Shown: one piece after another, positions 10,602-22,290 of the stretch
Layout of the letters: every line of letters starts with the position of its first letter
Position numbering within the stretch: position 1 is the first letter of the stretch
NCBI GenBank assembly: GCA_937625935.1
Contig: OW569378.1
Span: forward strand, 62,001 to 126,000
Reading direction: 5' to 3'
Length of the DNA: 64,000 nt
Source: Tetramitus jugosus
Lineage: Eukaryota > Protista > Heterolobosea
Translations under genes and position numbers: made by a program
The notes under the pieces: model-generated
Database searches by the model: none
The model's input: only the letters and a program-made list of their open reading frames with translations
Told to the model about the DNA's origin: nothing

Positions 10602-12044
10602 ATGGAGCGAATATCACGGTATTCAGCAAGGCTCCACGTACTCGTAACCATCTTGCTGTTTACTCTCGTTTTTGCTCTGTCCATCTATGTCATCACACCC
10701 AATGTGCCTCAACCTTACATGGATGAAATTTTCCATGTGCGTCAAGCCAAGCGTTACTGTAACTTTGAATTGTTGGAATGGGATCCAAAGATTACGACTC
10801 TGCCTGGGATGTACCTTGTGAGTGCAATCAATCGATGGACTGCTCGCGTCTCTTGTTCAATTGAAAATTTGAGACTTCAGAACGTGGTCATGTACGCTTG
10901 TTGCTTCTTTGTGCTGTTTCGGTTGGTATTTTCATTGGAATCAACAAGGAGTGACCGTGATGATGTTGATGATGAAGGAAAAGAAAGTGGCGTACAAGGA
11001 ACAAGAGAAGCAGGAGGAGGAATGATGTATGCACTGATCAAGAGCTTGCGAATTGTGTTGTTTCCACTTCTTTTCTCGTTTAGTTACTTGTATTATACGG
11101 ATGTGGGATCGACATTGTTTGTTATCGTGTCCTACTTGTCATTCAAGAGTGGAAATTTTGAATGGAGTGCATTGTTTTCAACAATTGCTGTCTTGTACAG
11201 ACAAACGAACATTATTTGGGCATTTTGGATTGCTTGCTTACACCTTGTGAACTCGTTGACATTGTACTTGCAATCAACAGTGAGTAACAAGGATCAAAAA
11301 TCGATGTTGAAGCGAATAGTGTCATTTGTGCGATTCAACATGTGGCAAGTGCTGTTGGATTTGAAGTGGTTCGCTATACTGGGCGCTAGTTTTGTCCTAT
11401 TCGTGCTTATCAATGGAGGAATTGTAGTTGGAGATCGCGAGAATCACGAAGTGATCCTTCATGTGACACAAATATTTTATTATTCTGCATTTGTAGTGCT
11501 GATGCTGCCATTCCACTTTATTGGTTATTTGAAATGGGTGACGAATGATCGATCGCGACTATTGCAGGTGTTGTTGCTTGTCATGGTACTATCTCCGATT
11601 GTAGCGATTATTGCCCATCGGTTCAGTCATATTCACATGTTTATTCTGAGTGATAATCGACACTTTATTTTTTATATTTGGAGGCGATTGTTCCACATTC
11701 ATGTGACTCCTGATATTCCACTCAAATATTTTGCACTTTACAGTCCAGTGTTCGTGATCTCCATGCTATTTATTTTGAATCTACTCAAGAGTTCACACAA
11801 GAGCAGTCTCTGGATTCTAAGCTACGTACTCTGCACGTGCTTAAATTTGATTCCTTTGCCGCTAATCGAATTCCGATACTTCCTAGTTCCATTCATCTTG
11901 TTAAATGTTTCATTTAAGAGTTCGATTGCCCAGGAAGCTGCTACTCTAGTGTACTATCTTTTGATTAACGCTGCAACTCTTTATCTGTTCATCTACAGAC
12001 CGTTCATAGGTCCGGATGAAGAAGAAGCCAGATTTATGTGGTAG
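10602..12044 (+). CDS. ALG10: Dol-P-Glc alpha-1,2-glucosyltransferase
   Basis: PYMDEIFHVRQA..YC, WDPKITTLPG, YYTDVGS, RQTNIIW, NGGIVVGD, DNRHF.FY.WRR, EFRYF, C-terminal RFMW. Confidence 0.97.
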   Translation: MERISRYSARLHVLVTILLFTLVFALSIYVITPNVPQPYMDEIFHVRQAKRYCNFELLEWDPKITTLPGMYLVSAINRWTARVSCSIENLRLQNVVMYACCFFVLFRLVFSLESTRSDRDDVDDEGKESGVQGTREAGGGMMYALIKSLRIVLFPLLFSFSYLYYTDVGSTLFVIVSYLSFKSGNFEWSALFSTIAVLYRQTNIIWAFWIACLHLVNSLTLYLQSTVSNKDQKSMLKRIVSFVRFNMWQVLLDLKWFAILGASFVLFVLINGGIVVGDRENHEVILHVTQIFYYSAFVVLMLPFHFIGYLKWVTNDRSRLLQVLLLVMVLSPIVAIIAHRFSHIHMFILSDNRHFIFYIWRRLFHIHVTPDIPLKYFALYSPVFVISMLFILNLLKSSHKSSLWILSYVLCTCLNLIPLPLIEFRYFLVPFILLNVSFKSSIAQEAATLVYYLLINAATLYLFIYRPFIGPDEEEARFMW

Positions 12045-12073
12045 TTCTTCCTCATTTGACAAATAAATCAACT

Positions 12074-13561
12074 TTACAAGCACAAAAATTCGCCCTGCTC
12101 TGGATATACGAATTGGGCGTCAATGTCATACTTGTCAGCTCCATCAGCAATTTGTCTCTGTATCGTTGATACAACATCTTCTCCCGAGTCAAATGAAGGA
12201 ATAATGTGCTGGATGACAATGGTAATGTGAGACATGCTGTCCATTGATCGCAGATTCTTCAAACTGTTCAATGATTTGATGAGATCGGTCGGACGTAGGT
12301 GACCATACAATTCGGATTCTGGTGTGTCATTCGAAATTGACACCTCAATAAATATACCTCTCAGAGTGTCTACCTTGAGGCTTTCATCGCTCCAAACAGA
12401 ATTCAATCTCTGTTCCCAGGAGCACTTGGACAGATCGTCATTCACAGATGGGCCCGTGTCTGAGAAATAGAGCACTTGATCACTGTTGACTGATGCATCA
12501 AACAAATATGCAGTAGAATTTACAGTACCGTGGCACAGGGGCAACACCTTAACTGTCACATCCCTCCAGCTCTCATACAAGTTGGGATGTCTGTTATCTG
12601 TTGTCAACTCCAACAAACTGTTCACTTGGTGCACTGAACCGTGATCCACTGTCACATATCGGTATTGATCTCCCTTCTTAACAAGATTGGGCCACAATTC
12701 ATCATTGAACACACTAGTCTCCAGTGTGTGAATCGTGGACTCGGTTCCCACAATTGGCTTGAGTCGTTTGGACGTATTACTGATCATTTGATTCGTATCA
12801 GTGAAAAAATCTTCTGGAGAGTTGAGAATGAGACCAGTGATGTGATCGAGGTGTGCATGACCAAGCAAGTAACCCCATACATGATTTCTCAGCACAAATC
12901 CAGCTCTTTTCATAGAACTACCCTTTGTCCAACCAGGGAAAGGAAACTTAATGTACCCATTGGCTTTCGCATGAGTATTGGACAACATGTCATTTGTCTT
13001 TAAAAAAGACCGAATTCCGTAAAGCAAATTTCCAGCATCGAGCGCCAAAAATCCGTTGGAAGTGTTTCGGGACAGTAAAACACCGCTCAGATTCTCCTCT
13101 GTGAGTCCACCGCCTCTACTGCCCAGCACAATGGCACTAAAGTGACACTTTTCCTTTCGATTCTTAAAGTAGGTAATGACGCGAGGAATGACAAGAGCAG
13201 CAATAAACGCAGCAATAACCACAAAAATCAGTATCAATGACACAACAACAAGTAAAATGATTCGTTTTTGACGTCTTTTTTCAGCAAAGCTATGGATCTG
13301 AGAGGACGAAGATCCGAGCATATTCGACAGGCTTAGACCACCACCTCCACCACCGCCACCAGATCCCATCATTTGTTCTTCCTCTTCCTGTTCACCCTGT
13401 TGTTCGTGATGATCATCATAATCATAGTCACGAAAGAGATCAACGTCATCTTGATGATTGTTGTTCTGTGATGATGACGACAATGATGGTGGTTGTTGTT
13501 GTTGGTAGGAGATTAGATCTTCACTACTCTTGTTGGTTGGTGTGTTCGTTCCACCATACAT
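12074..13561 (-). CDS. Class II cAMP phosphodiesterase (metallo-beta-lactamase fold) with N-terminal single TM anchor
   Basis: VLGSRGGGLTEENLSG, LALDAG, HAHLDHITGL, FNDELWPNL, HG..STAYL, FSDTG, IFIEVS, LYGHL.P, IVIQH. Hydrophobic IILLVVVSLILIFVVIAAFIAALVI follows KRRQKR. Confidence 0.9.
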   Translation of the reverse strand: MYGGTNTPTNKSSEDLISYQQQQPPSLSSSSQNNNHQDDVDLFRDYDYDDHHEQQGEQEEEEQMMGSGGGGGGGGLSLSNMLGSSSSQIHSFAEKRRQKRIILLVVVSLILIFVVIAAFIAALVIPRVITYFKNRKEKCHFSAIVLGSRGGGLTEENLSGVLLSRNTSNGFLALDAGNLLYGIRSFLKTNDMLSNTHAKANGYIKFPFPGWTKGSSMKRAGFVLRNHVWGYLLGHAHLDHITGLILNSPEDFFTDTNQMISNTSKRLKPIVGTESTIHTLETSVFNDELWPNLVKKGDQYRYVTVDHGSVHQVNSLLELTTDNRHPNLYESWRDVTVKVLPLCHGTVNSTAYLFDASVNSDQVLYFSDTGPSVNDDLSKCSWEQRLNSVWSDESLKVDTLRGIFIEVSISNDTPESELYGHLRPTDLIKSLNSLKNLRSMDSMSHITIVIQHIIPSFDSGEDVVSTIQRQIADGADKYDIDAQFVYPEQGEFLCL

Positions 13562-13759
13562 GTTTGTTTCCTTTTTCGATATGGTTGTGTGATCTGTTGT
13601 TGCTGTTGTTGCTTTTTGTGTTGGTTTGTGTGACGGGGTTGCTGTTGTGAAAAGGAAGAAAGATTGAAGATTGGATCCTCCCATGGGGAAAATTTCGGCC
13701 AAGCCGGAGCTCAAACAGTGTGAATAAATACAAGTGTTGCATTGTTGTACAGGTGCACC

Positions 13760-16362
13760 TTAATCATCGTATCTGTCTTCTGATATGTTGAGAGGAGGTG
13801 CATTTCTGGTCTTGGTTGTTGGTCGACCCTTCAATATCATCTTTTCGTTCACAATGAATATCAATAGTGCAGCAATCAGAGTGAGTAGGATTGCTCCAGG
13901 CCAGGCTTGATCTGTGAACAGACCAAAGATGGCAAGAACATGTTGGTCGCGACTGATTACGATCGGTATGGCCAGTGCAATTCCGCATCTGTTTTCAATA
14001 AAAGACGGGTGTTAATAAGTCAAAACAACAAGGCATTCTTCGAAAGGAAACATACAATGATTCTCCTGTGATAAGACCGGCACAATACAATAGGCCATAT
14101 TGGGATCCTTGTTGAGTGTGTACAATCTTCTCTTCGTCTCCCAACTTTCTGAGCACAATCTTGGTCAATATAAATTCAGATATTTGTCCTGTAATTGCTC
14201 CGAGCAACATTGGTGTTGTTAGAGAGAATGGTAAGTAGAAGCCAAGAGCGATTGGAAGGATTGGAATCCTAAACTTGGTATACTTGGACAACAGAATACC
14301 CAAAACTAGAATGTTAAACACAAAAATAAGAACACCAGATAACATTCCAATACCAACGAGATTCAAGGGAAGTTCGCCGTAGAAAATACTGTTTGTAACT
14401 GTTGCCATCAGGCTCGCTTGTGGGGCAGGAAGAGGATTGGCATGATCTGGTGTAGCAACACCCATACCATATGCAGAAAGCAGAAGGCGCAATACCAATG
14501 GCAGAGTGAACGCAGGTAAGATCAAACCAATAACTTGCATGACTTGTACCTTCCATGGTGTAGCGCCAATCATGTAGGCTGTCCTCAAGTCTTGCATATT
14601 GTCCCCACCAACACTGAACGAAAAAGTTGAATATTGAGTTAGCTGTAAGAATAATCGAAGTATAGAAGTCATAGCAGAATACATACGCAGCAGCACAGCA
14701 GACAATACTTCCAATAAGAATAGATAACATAGGACCTTGAGATGATCCCTTTCCTATCCAAAGAAGCAGAACAAAGGCAGCGGTTAGGATAGTTGCCACT
14801 GTTACACCTGAAATGGGATTGTTGGAGCTGCCCACCATACCAGAAATATACGCACCAACGCTACTGAACATAAACCCAGCAACCAAAACAAATACAGACA
14901 TGACCAAACTTAAAACAATGTTGTTGCCAGAGAACATCATCAAAAGAGCAAAGACCGGGAAGAAACATAGTCCAACAAATAATAGCGCAAATGGCAAAGG
15001 AATGTCTCTATCAGTCCTTTGAATCGATGATATACCTCGCTCATACATTAACTTGACAGAATCTGCTGAGGATTTGACACTAGAAACCAAGCTCCGTGAC
15101 AATCCAAGGAAGGTAGTAATACCTCCGACTAACATGCAGCCAACTCCGATATATCGACTTTGGGAGTCAAATATATTCTTATATACATCCATGGGAGTGT
15201 TTTTAGGATCGCTCACATCCACCCCGGCCCTCTTTGTGAGAATTGGAATAGCCACAAATGAGTTAACTAGACCACCAATAAATAAAATAGCTGCTACACG
15301 CAGCTTTACAATGTAACCTACTCCAAATAATGCTGGAGAGGTTTGCAAACCAATGTAAAATACAGTGCCCATCATGAACCATGCATATTTGGTAGAATCA
15401 GCATATAAAGCAAGTCCTGATTGACACAACTTCATAAATACACCACAAAATATACCAATGAGCGTCACAGCAAGGAAATTACCCTTCTTTTTCTGCTCAT
15501 GACTTGTTGCGATAATGGGTGATGTTCTTTGATGCTGTTGCAACAATTGTTCCGTATCAGATAAGTCACTATCGCTCGAAAGCTCGTCATCCATGTGCGA
15601 ATTCAAATCATTAGCATCGTATTGATCTCTCTTTCTTTCATTCTCGTCGCTCGGTATTAGACATGTCACTTTCAACACTTCGGTAATAGCCTTACCCTCA
15701 GGAAACTCCAACTTGTCTCTATTTTCGACAATTAATGCTCTCCTCAGCGGTATCGTGAAGAAAACACCCATCAAGCCACCAATGAGCGCAATCAAAAACG
15801 TTTCTCCATACTTGAAAGTGGTCCAAGGGTCTTTTTGAAGCATCAACATGGCAGGAATCGTATAAATCAACCCAGCAGCAATCGAACTACCTGCACTCAC
15901 TCCTGTTTGCACCGCATTAATCTCCAAAATATTGGCCTTGAACGGTTTCAACAACGTCAGACTCAAAATACTGGACGGAATCGAAACACTGATTGTAATA
16001 CCAGCAAACAAACCGAGATACGTGTTGGCAGAAGCTAACACGATCGACAACACAATAGCAAGCACAATCACCTTGAATGAGAGCTCAGTCGGATTTAAAT
16101 GAGAAGGGACCAATGGAGATTCTTTTTCTTCTGCAACAAAGGTGGCCTCGGCAGTTGTTGTCAATGCATCATCCACAAACATGTCCATCTCACCATCATC
16201 ATTAATATCATCATCAATATCAACAATATCAACATTATCGTTATTATTGAAGCTTCGATGATGATTGGCAGTGAATTGGTCATCATCCATGTTGATGGAC
16301 TCGTTGTGAAAATGAAGAGAGTTCATCTCACCAACCTGTTGTTCATCAGCATAGCTGTCCAT
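13760..16362 (-). CDS. OPT family oligopeptide/metal-chelate transporter; introns 14614-14686 and 13989-14055
   Basis: ANTYLGLFAG, NAVQT..SAG, IPLRR, FPEG.A, GMVGSSNNPISG, GDNMQDL, GATPWK.Q, LPAPQA.LM, GFYLP, GLITGESL. Both introns restore the frame. Confidence 0.93.
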
Positions 16363-16665
16363 GGTGTCCAACTTCACACGTTTTTTGAGAAAGATACTCC
16401 GAAATCCTTTTTCCCTTTGGCTCCACGTTCTCCCTTTTGTGAACTGAGCTGGTGGTGATTCACCAAAGAAACTGCACTCTCAGTTGAACTGAAGTTGACA
16501 GGTTAAGTGAGTCAAGAAATACAGACGGTTGGCATGAGTTGTTTCGTTGTGAAGTTGCTTGGTACGGTATCCTTTGTTTGGACAACAATACCAATGTCAA
16601 GCAGTGGAACATATCCAAGCGAAAGCCTATGGATAGAGTATACATGTGAAGCCTGTTGAACATAT

Positions 16666-17529
16666 TCAGGGAGCAACTTGCGAAATGATTATGATGCGAA
16701 CGCCATTGATTGCTTCCTGATACTTTGTTTGGATCGATTGATCATCATTGTTGTTGGTATTTGGACTGAAGTTCTCATCATGGCTCGTACTCTTTTCATG
16801 ATTGCTGTCATGATTGTCTGGTGATGGCTGGTGATAGATCTTCTGATAGATGTCAGGTGATATGTAATCGGACGTGGGAACAATTCTTGCTTTCAACCCC
16901 CACTTTTGCAAGAGGTGTTGAATACTGTAGCTGTCAACTCTTTCATGATAGGTCGTGATAAACTCACATTCATTATTTCGTTTAGCCTGCTCTTTAAGTA
17001 GGTAGGCAACAGTTACAATTAGGGGTTCAAACAACACTGGATCATAGAAGCAATCCGATCCAATAACATATCGAATTCTCTCATGTGACAAGCGAATCAG
17101 GTTCATATCGAATTGACCCCATGTTATAGGTAAGATAACTGCTCTGTCTCCTATATCCTCTTCAAACTCCGACGAGCTTTGTTCCAATACATCAAAGCTT
17201 GGCCTGACTTGATTGAGCGAGCACTGCGACATCATTTTCAATTTCCATGCAGCTTCATCTGGCAATGGATGATCAGTCAAAATAGCTCGATATCCAAGCT
17301 TAGCACACAATATCCCAGGCAATGCACAACCGCAGCCCAGTTCACAGACAGTTTCACTTTCTTCATGAAGGAGGAGTCGTTGCATATAGCAGCACATGAC
17401 AATCGCACTTGGCCATACATGCATCGCATGTGACTCTGAAAGCTCACTTGCTTCCTCCATCACTGATACTGTCTGATTTCCAAACTCAAAACGCTTGATC
17501 AAGCGTAAGCATTGCTGCGGTTCACTCAT
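16666..17529 (-). CDS. Family-16 lysine methyltransferase, METTL23-like
   Basis: HVWPSAIV, VCELGCGCALPGI, LTD, ITWG, IGSDCFYDP..FE.L..TV, TTYHER. Confidence 0.88.
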   Translation of the reverse strand: MSEPQQCLRLIKRFEFGNQTVSVMEEASELSESHAMHVWPSAIVMCCYMQRLLLHEESETVCELGCGCALPGILCAKLGYRAILTDHPLPDEAAWKLKMMSQCSLNQVRPSFDVLEQSSSEFEEDIGDRAVILPITWGQFDMNLIRLSHERIRYVIGSDCFYDPVLFEPLIVTVAYLLKEQAKRNNECEFITTYHERVDSYSIQHLLQKWGLKARIVPTSDYISPDIYQKIYHQPSPDNHDSNHEKSTSHDENFSPNTNNNDDQSIQTKYQEAINGVRIIIISQVAP

Positions 17530-17795
17530 GTTTGGTCGCTTGGAACTTTTTTCGTTTTCTTGACGGGTTGTGTGCCGGCGAATGAAACTGTTGTTTCTTA
17601 GCGTCAACTGCTCAACTTAGGCAAGAAACCAACAAAAGTAAAAAGAAGCAAGGAAGCAACGAAGACTCTTATCATACTGAGCCTCCCATGGGTATTTCTT
17701 CCTTCAATGTCGTTCCAAGCTGCATTTTCCAATTCGGAGAATCAATCGGGACACTACTCAAACTTCTCCAAGCAAAGAAGAAATAAAACAAAGAA

Positions 17796-18668
17796 ATGAC
17801 AACTCCAAGGAACAATTCATCAAACGAATTTCTATTCAAAATATTAGTGATTGGAGATTCAGGTTGCGGCAAAACGTCGTTCATTAAGCGTTATGTCCAT
17901 GGTGTTTTCCAAAATCAGTACAAGGCTACTGTAAGTGAATTGAAAAATCATGTTGTGGTTTTCACTCATGTCATTGTGTTTGAGTTTAACCACCATCTCA
18001 CATCTTCTTCTTCTTCTTCTTCTTTTTTTGGTGTCATGTATCTCTTCTTATAGATTGGAGTAGATTTTGCGTTCAAGCATGTGCAATATGATGACAAGAC
18101 ATCCATCAAGATTCAATTGTGGGACGTTGCTGGTCAAGAAAGGTTCTCTGAGATGACACGTGTCTACTACAAGGAAGCTGTTGCCGTGTTGGTGTTTTTC
18201 GATGTGACTGCAGGTGAAAAATCAATGAGGAGCACCATCAATTGGAAGAATGATGTGGATAAAAAGGTTTATTTGCCTGATGGTTCACCTGTTCCTTGCA
18301 TTTTGGTCGGAAATAAGCTTGATTTGGTTCAGGATGGTGTCATGGGAGAGCTCTCTGAAGAACTATTGAGCGATTTTGTGATGAAAAACGGGTATGAACA
18401 GCATTTTTTGACGAGCGCAAAGGATGGAACCAATGTCAATGAGGCGATGAACTTTTTAATTGCAAAGGCAGTGAGCTGTATGAGACGTGTCGTGGAAGAA
18501 GAGGCAAAGAATGCCAACAATAACCTTGCCAAGAACAATAATGCGTCATCATCGATTACGTTGCATGACACTTCATCGATTCGAGTGAGTCAAACGACGG
18601 CCAATAATACTCGTGGAAACACTGGTAGTGGCGGTGCCAATGTTGGTGGTGGAGGTGGTTGCTGTTAA
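17796..18668 (+). CDS. Rab32/38/29-like GTPase; intron 17931-18053
   Basis: LFKILVIGDSGCGKTSFIKRYVH, YKAT|IGVDF, WDVAGQERF..MTRVYYKEA, WK.D.D.KV.LPDGSPVPCIL.GNK, TSAK, C-terminal CC. Confidence 0.9.
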
Positions 18669-19016
18669 CTTCATCCACTCACACATTGACATGAACCGCA
18701 GAATCATTCTTTTCATGTTCGTCATGTACTATATAGCGTGATGGCTGCCATCATGATTATTATTGAGAGAGAGTGAACAACCATATTTATTATTATTATT
18801 ATTATTATCCAGTAATATTATTGCTGAAGCTAGCTTCAGATTCTACCCATTTGGAGCTTCTTATTGGCCTCTGCAGCCTGTTCAGGGGTCGTTCCAAAAC
18901 AATCATCTTTGGTCCAATTGGATCAATAAAATGGTGTTCGAGCGGTCGCGCGTTTTATTCTTTTACAGTTTTTTCAGTGAAAACCTCAGTCATTTTCAAA
19001 CTGAAGAACGTTACGA

Positions 19017-20555
19017 ATGATAGAATCTGCAGAGCTTCAATTGAATGAACGGATCAGCTCGCTGAAGCAATTCATGAACCATGCGCTAGGAACTAACTCC
19101 AGCAGTGACTCATCAAGAAGATCTCCATCGAGCCTCGATAGTTCCCTAACACCTAGCTCAACAAGCACTTCACGGACGACTGAGAAGAGTACTACACTCG
19201 GAGACACTTCATTCTTCAATAATAGAACAATGTGGAACTCCACAGCCGAAACTGATGGAGAGAATGCAACGAAATCATACCGAGAGAAGAATCAAAAATT
19301 GATGACAAAGGTGATGCAACTCGAAGATTTGATCACCTCTTACTCAGCAAAATTGCAGTTATCAAACGAGGAAATTAGGGACTACGAACACAAATTGAAG
19401 CTGTGTAGGAAAGAGTTGGACAGTGAGGTGGATCGAAGACGAGCTAGCGAAAGAAGTTTGAAAGAACAGATGAGAAATATTCAACATAAATTAGAGGAAG
19501 TGCAGGCAGAACATGACGTACTGCAACAAAAAGAAAGGATAACATCTGAATCAAGAAAAACAATCGAGGAAATCAACAAAGAACTCGAAAAGAACAATGC
19601 GGACAAAGTTTTATTGATATCAGAACTACAGAAAGATTTAAATAAGAAGAAGATGGATATCAACGATTTAGAGCTAACAATTAGTGAGATTACAAACGAG
19701 AAAAAGCACTTGGAGGAGGATTTAGTGACAGAGAGACAAAATCGAGACAGAGACATTAATGAAGTCCAGAATGAAATCATTGCTCTGAATCAGAAGTCTT
19801 CCGATAACATCAAAAAGATCTTAAAAGAAAAGGAAAGAGAAAGGAGTAAATATGATCAGACAATCAACCACTTCAAGGATCAGATAACAAGCTTAGAGAA
19901 ACAAGTAGAATCCCTCAAGAAGAAAATGAGCGAAATTCAGGTGGAGAATAGCCAACTACAGTCGCAAGTTGTCTCAATGGATCAGAGAGAAAAATATTTC
20001 ACAGGGAAATTAAACTCATTACAAGACTCCCTAAACGAGCAGAAGACTCACTACTCACTCTTGCACCAAAATCATGTTCAGTTGCTGAGGGAAATCGAAT
20101 CGAATCAATCGTCTGAGAAGCGTTTGCAAGAAGAAACTGAAGATCGAGTCGCTCAGCTATTGGCCAAATTGAAGTTTGCAGAGGATCAAAACGCAGCTCT
20201 AATGCACAAAAATATGAATGTACAGAGGAACAACAATGGATTGTATGAAAAACTGAAGGAGCAGAACGAATTGCTACGGGCGAACGTGGATCAATTGCAA
20301 CGTGACAAGGATAACCTTGAAAGACAATTGAAACAACAGGAGGAGCATTGGAGACACCAAAACAATGAAGAGCACACATCAAGAACGACAACAGATTATT
20401 TGGGGCGAAGTTACTACTCCCCGTCACCTTTTCAAAGAGCTGAACGATTCAACAAGCCACCAAATTTTGTTAGACACAGCAATTATTTTACTCCATCTTC
20501 CATCAATATGTCTCCCATTGAATCCAAGTTGGAAGACAAGAGTATTGGAATCTGA
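19017..20555 (+). CDS. Uncharacterised coiled-coil protein
   Basis: 512-aa intronless ORF with long E/K/Q heptad segments; no family motif recognised. Confidence 0.7.
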   Translation: MIESAELQLNERISSLKQFMNHALGTNSSSDSSRRSPSSLDSSLTPSSTSTSRTTEKSTTLGDTSFFNNRTMWNSTAETDGENATKSYREKNQKLMTKVMQLEDLITSYSAKLQLSNEEIRDYEHKLKLCRKELDSEVDRRRASERSLKEQMRNIQHKLEEVQAEHDVLQQKERITSESRKTIEEINKELEKNNADKVLLISELQKDLNKKKMDINDLELTISEITNEKKHLEEDLVTERQNRDRDINEVQNEIIALNQKSSDNIKKILKEKERERSKYDQTINHFKDQITSLEKQVESLKKKMSEIQVENSQLQSQVVSMDQREKYFTGKLNSLQDSLNEQKTHYSLLHQNHVQLLREIESNQSSEKRLQEETEDRVAQLLAKLKFAEDQNAALMHKNMNVQRNNNGLYEKLKEQNELLRANVDQLQRDKDNLERQLKQQEEHWRHQNNEEHTSRTTTDYLGRSYYSPSPFQRAERFNKPPNFVRHSNYFTPSSINMSPIESKLEDKSIGI

Positions 20556-20656
20556 AAGATGCCATTGTACTCAATACAACCATGTAATATTCCGATTTCT
20601 CTATCCAAAATTTCACACGAAAGAAACACCCGCCAAAAATCATCGCGCCAACAAAA

Positions 20657-21397
20657 ATGTCCACCACCACGCCACAAGAAGAACAAGCAACATCCCATCA
20701 AAGCAATGATGTTGTCGATCCAGCTCCATCCGTCCTAGGCACCCAACAATACTGGGACAACATCTATGTGAAAGAAGTTGAAAACTTTGAACAATTTGGA
20801 GACAAGGGAGAAGTGTGGTTCGGTGAAGATGTCCAAGACCGTGTTCTCATGCACATTGAAGAGGAATTTGAAGGAATTCTTGACTGCTCTACCACAAATG
20901 TGCTAGATCTAGGATGTGGAAATGGCATGTTCCTCATTCAACTGGGCCAAGAGTATCACTATGAGCATCTGTATGGTGTGGACTATTCTGAGCCAAGTAT
21001 TGAGCTCGCAAAGAAGATTGCACAAAAAGAAGAACTAAGCATACAGTATGAAGCTGTTGATTTTCTGGAGGAACAAGCTTTCAAGTCCAGTGCTCTGCTC
21101 ATGAATCAAAAGTTTCAGTTGATTCATGACAAGGGAACGTTTGATGCCATTTGTTTGTATGCTGAGAAGGAAAGTAGAGAAGCGTACAAGCAGAGAGTTC
21201 AAGAATTGCTTGCAACGGGAGAACCAGCTTACTTTGTGATTACGAGCTGTAATTGGACTCAACAGGAGCTATTGGTTCATTTCACAGGACTGTTTGATCT
21301 TCATAGCACCGTCAGTTATCCTTCATTTGAGTTTGGTGGATCCAAGGGTAGTACTGTTGCTACATGTGTCTTTAAGCACAAGAACACTGAATATTAA
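20657..21397 (+). CDS. EFM4: eEF1A lysine methyltransferase (EFM4/METTL10)
   Basis: SVLGT.QYWD..Y..E..NF, GEVWFGE, LDLGCGNG, GVDYS, DKGTFDAI, ITSCNWT..EL, YPSF.FGG.KG. Confidence 0.95.
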   Translation: MSTTTPQEEQATSHQSNDVVDPAPSVLGTQQYWDNIYVKEVENFEQFGDKGEVWFGEDVQDRVLMHIEEEFEGILDCSTTNVLDLGCGNGMFLIQLGQEYHYEHLYGVDYSEPSIELAKKIAQKEELSIQYEAVDFLEEQAFKSSALLMNQKFQLIHDKGTFDAICLYAEKESREAYKQRVQELLATGEPAYFVITSCNWTQQELLVHFTGLFDLHSTVSYPSFEFGGSKGSTVATCVFKHKNTEY

Positions 21398-21462
21398 ATG
21401 TGAAAGGCAAACTGTTGTTATTTATTTTGTCTATGTACATGAGATTTGCATGTTTTGTTCTT

Positions 21463-22290
21463 TTAGACCATGGAAGTTGGTCGAACCATTGGGGCAGTCT
21501 GAGCCATTGTGGCAGCTTGTGGAGGCATGACATTGGACTTGTTCTGGTGAGATCCCAAATGACTGCATGCAGCCCAGTTCAACATCAAGAAAGGCAGGAG
21601 TGACATCATAGAGATGATGTTACCAGCCAACATGATTCTGAGACCACGTCTTGCATCGTTACAACTTCCTCCAGCAACACCGAAACGAATACAATCATCA
21701 TTGGTGAAACCTCTGGAGACTTCGAGTCTGTAAGCATTGACAATAGTAGAGGCAAAATAGTAACCCAAAAGACCGAGAATCAAGAGTTGATTAATGAAGG
21801 CAGGAATGAGGAACAAGTACTTGAGTTTGTTGGTGGCTTCTCTCTTTGTGTGTTGATACTGGTTGGCATCATTGTTGAACTTTGTAATGTTCTTCTCATG
21901 TCTCATTGCACACAAACTGAACAAGAGGGCACCAAGACCAGTAAGGAGAACAGCAGGAATGAGAGCAGCAGAGATAATCCAGAGAGCCAAGTATCGGTTA
22001 GAATTCCAGACAAAGTCACCAGCGGCGTTGAACACATTTGGTCCCTTACCATTGAGAACCGCACCCGCAATGTCGAGACCGAGAGCCGTCAGAGCCAAAA
22101 CCAGACCAGTCAATGTCAGAACAACTTGCCAGAATCTCATCCAAAGGTTTCTGTAGTGACCTTGTCTGTGGAAGGCCTTTGGTTCCACAACACCAGTCGT
22201 GGCCATCATTGGACCTTGATTTATAGGGGCATTCATTCGAGGAGGACCAGAAATGAAGCCAGAGCTTGGTGGAATTGCAGCAGTACTCAT
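21463..22290 (-). CDS. Four-TM membrane protein, MARVEL/CASP-like topology
   Basis: Four hydrophobic segments, TM1 preceded by MRFWQ, Cys pair in the second extracellular loop, Pro/Met-rich termini. Confidence 0.6.
   Translation of the reverse strand: MSTAAIPPSSGFISGPPRMNAPINQGPMMATTGVVEPKAFHRQGHYRNLWMRFWQVVLTLTGLVLALTALGLDIAGAVLNGKGPNVFNAAGDFVWNSNRYLALWIISAALIPAVLLTGLGALLFSLCAMRHEKNITKFNNDANQYQHTKREATNKLKYLFLIPAFINQLLILGLLGYYFASTIVNAYRLEVSRGFTNDDCIRFGVAGGSCNDARRGLRIMLAGNIISMMSLLPFLMLNWAACSHLGSHQNKSNVMPPQAATMAQTAPMVRPTSMV

Noticed and set aside
16666-21397. Two lysine methyltransferases within 5 kb as a functional cluster
   Set aside because: Different subfamilies, separated by unrelated genes; consistent with chance in a dense genome.
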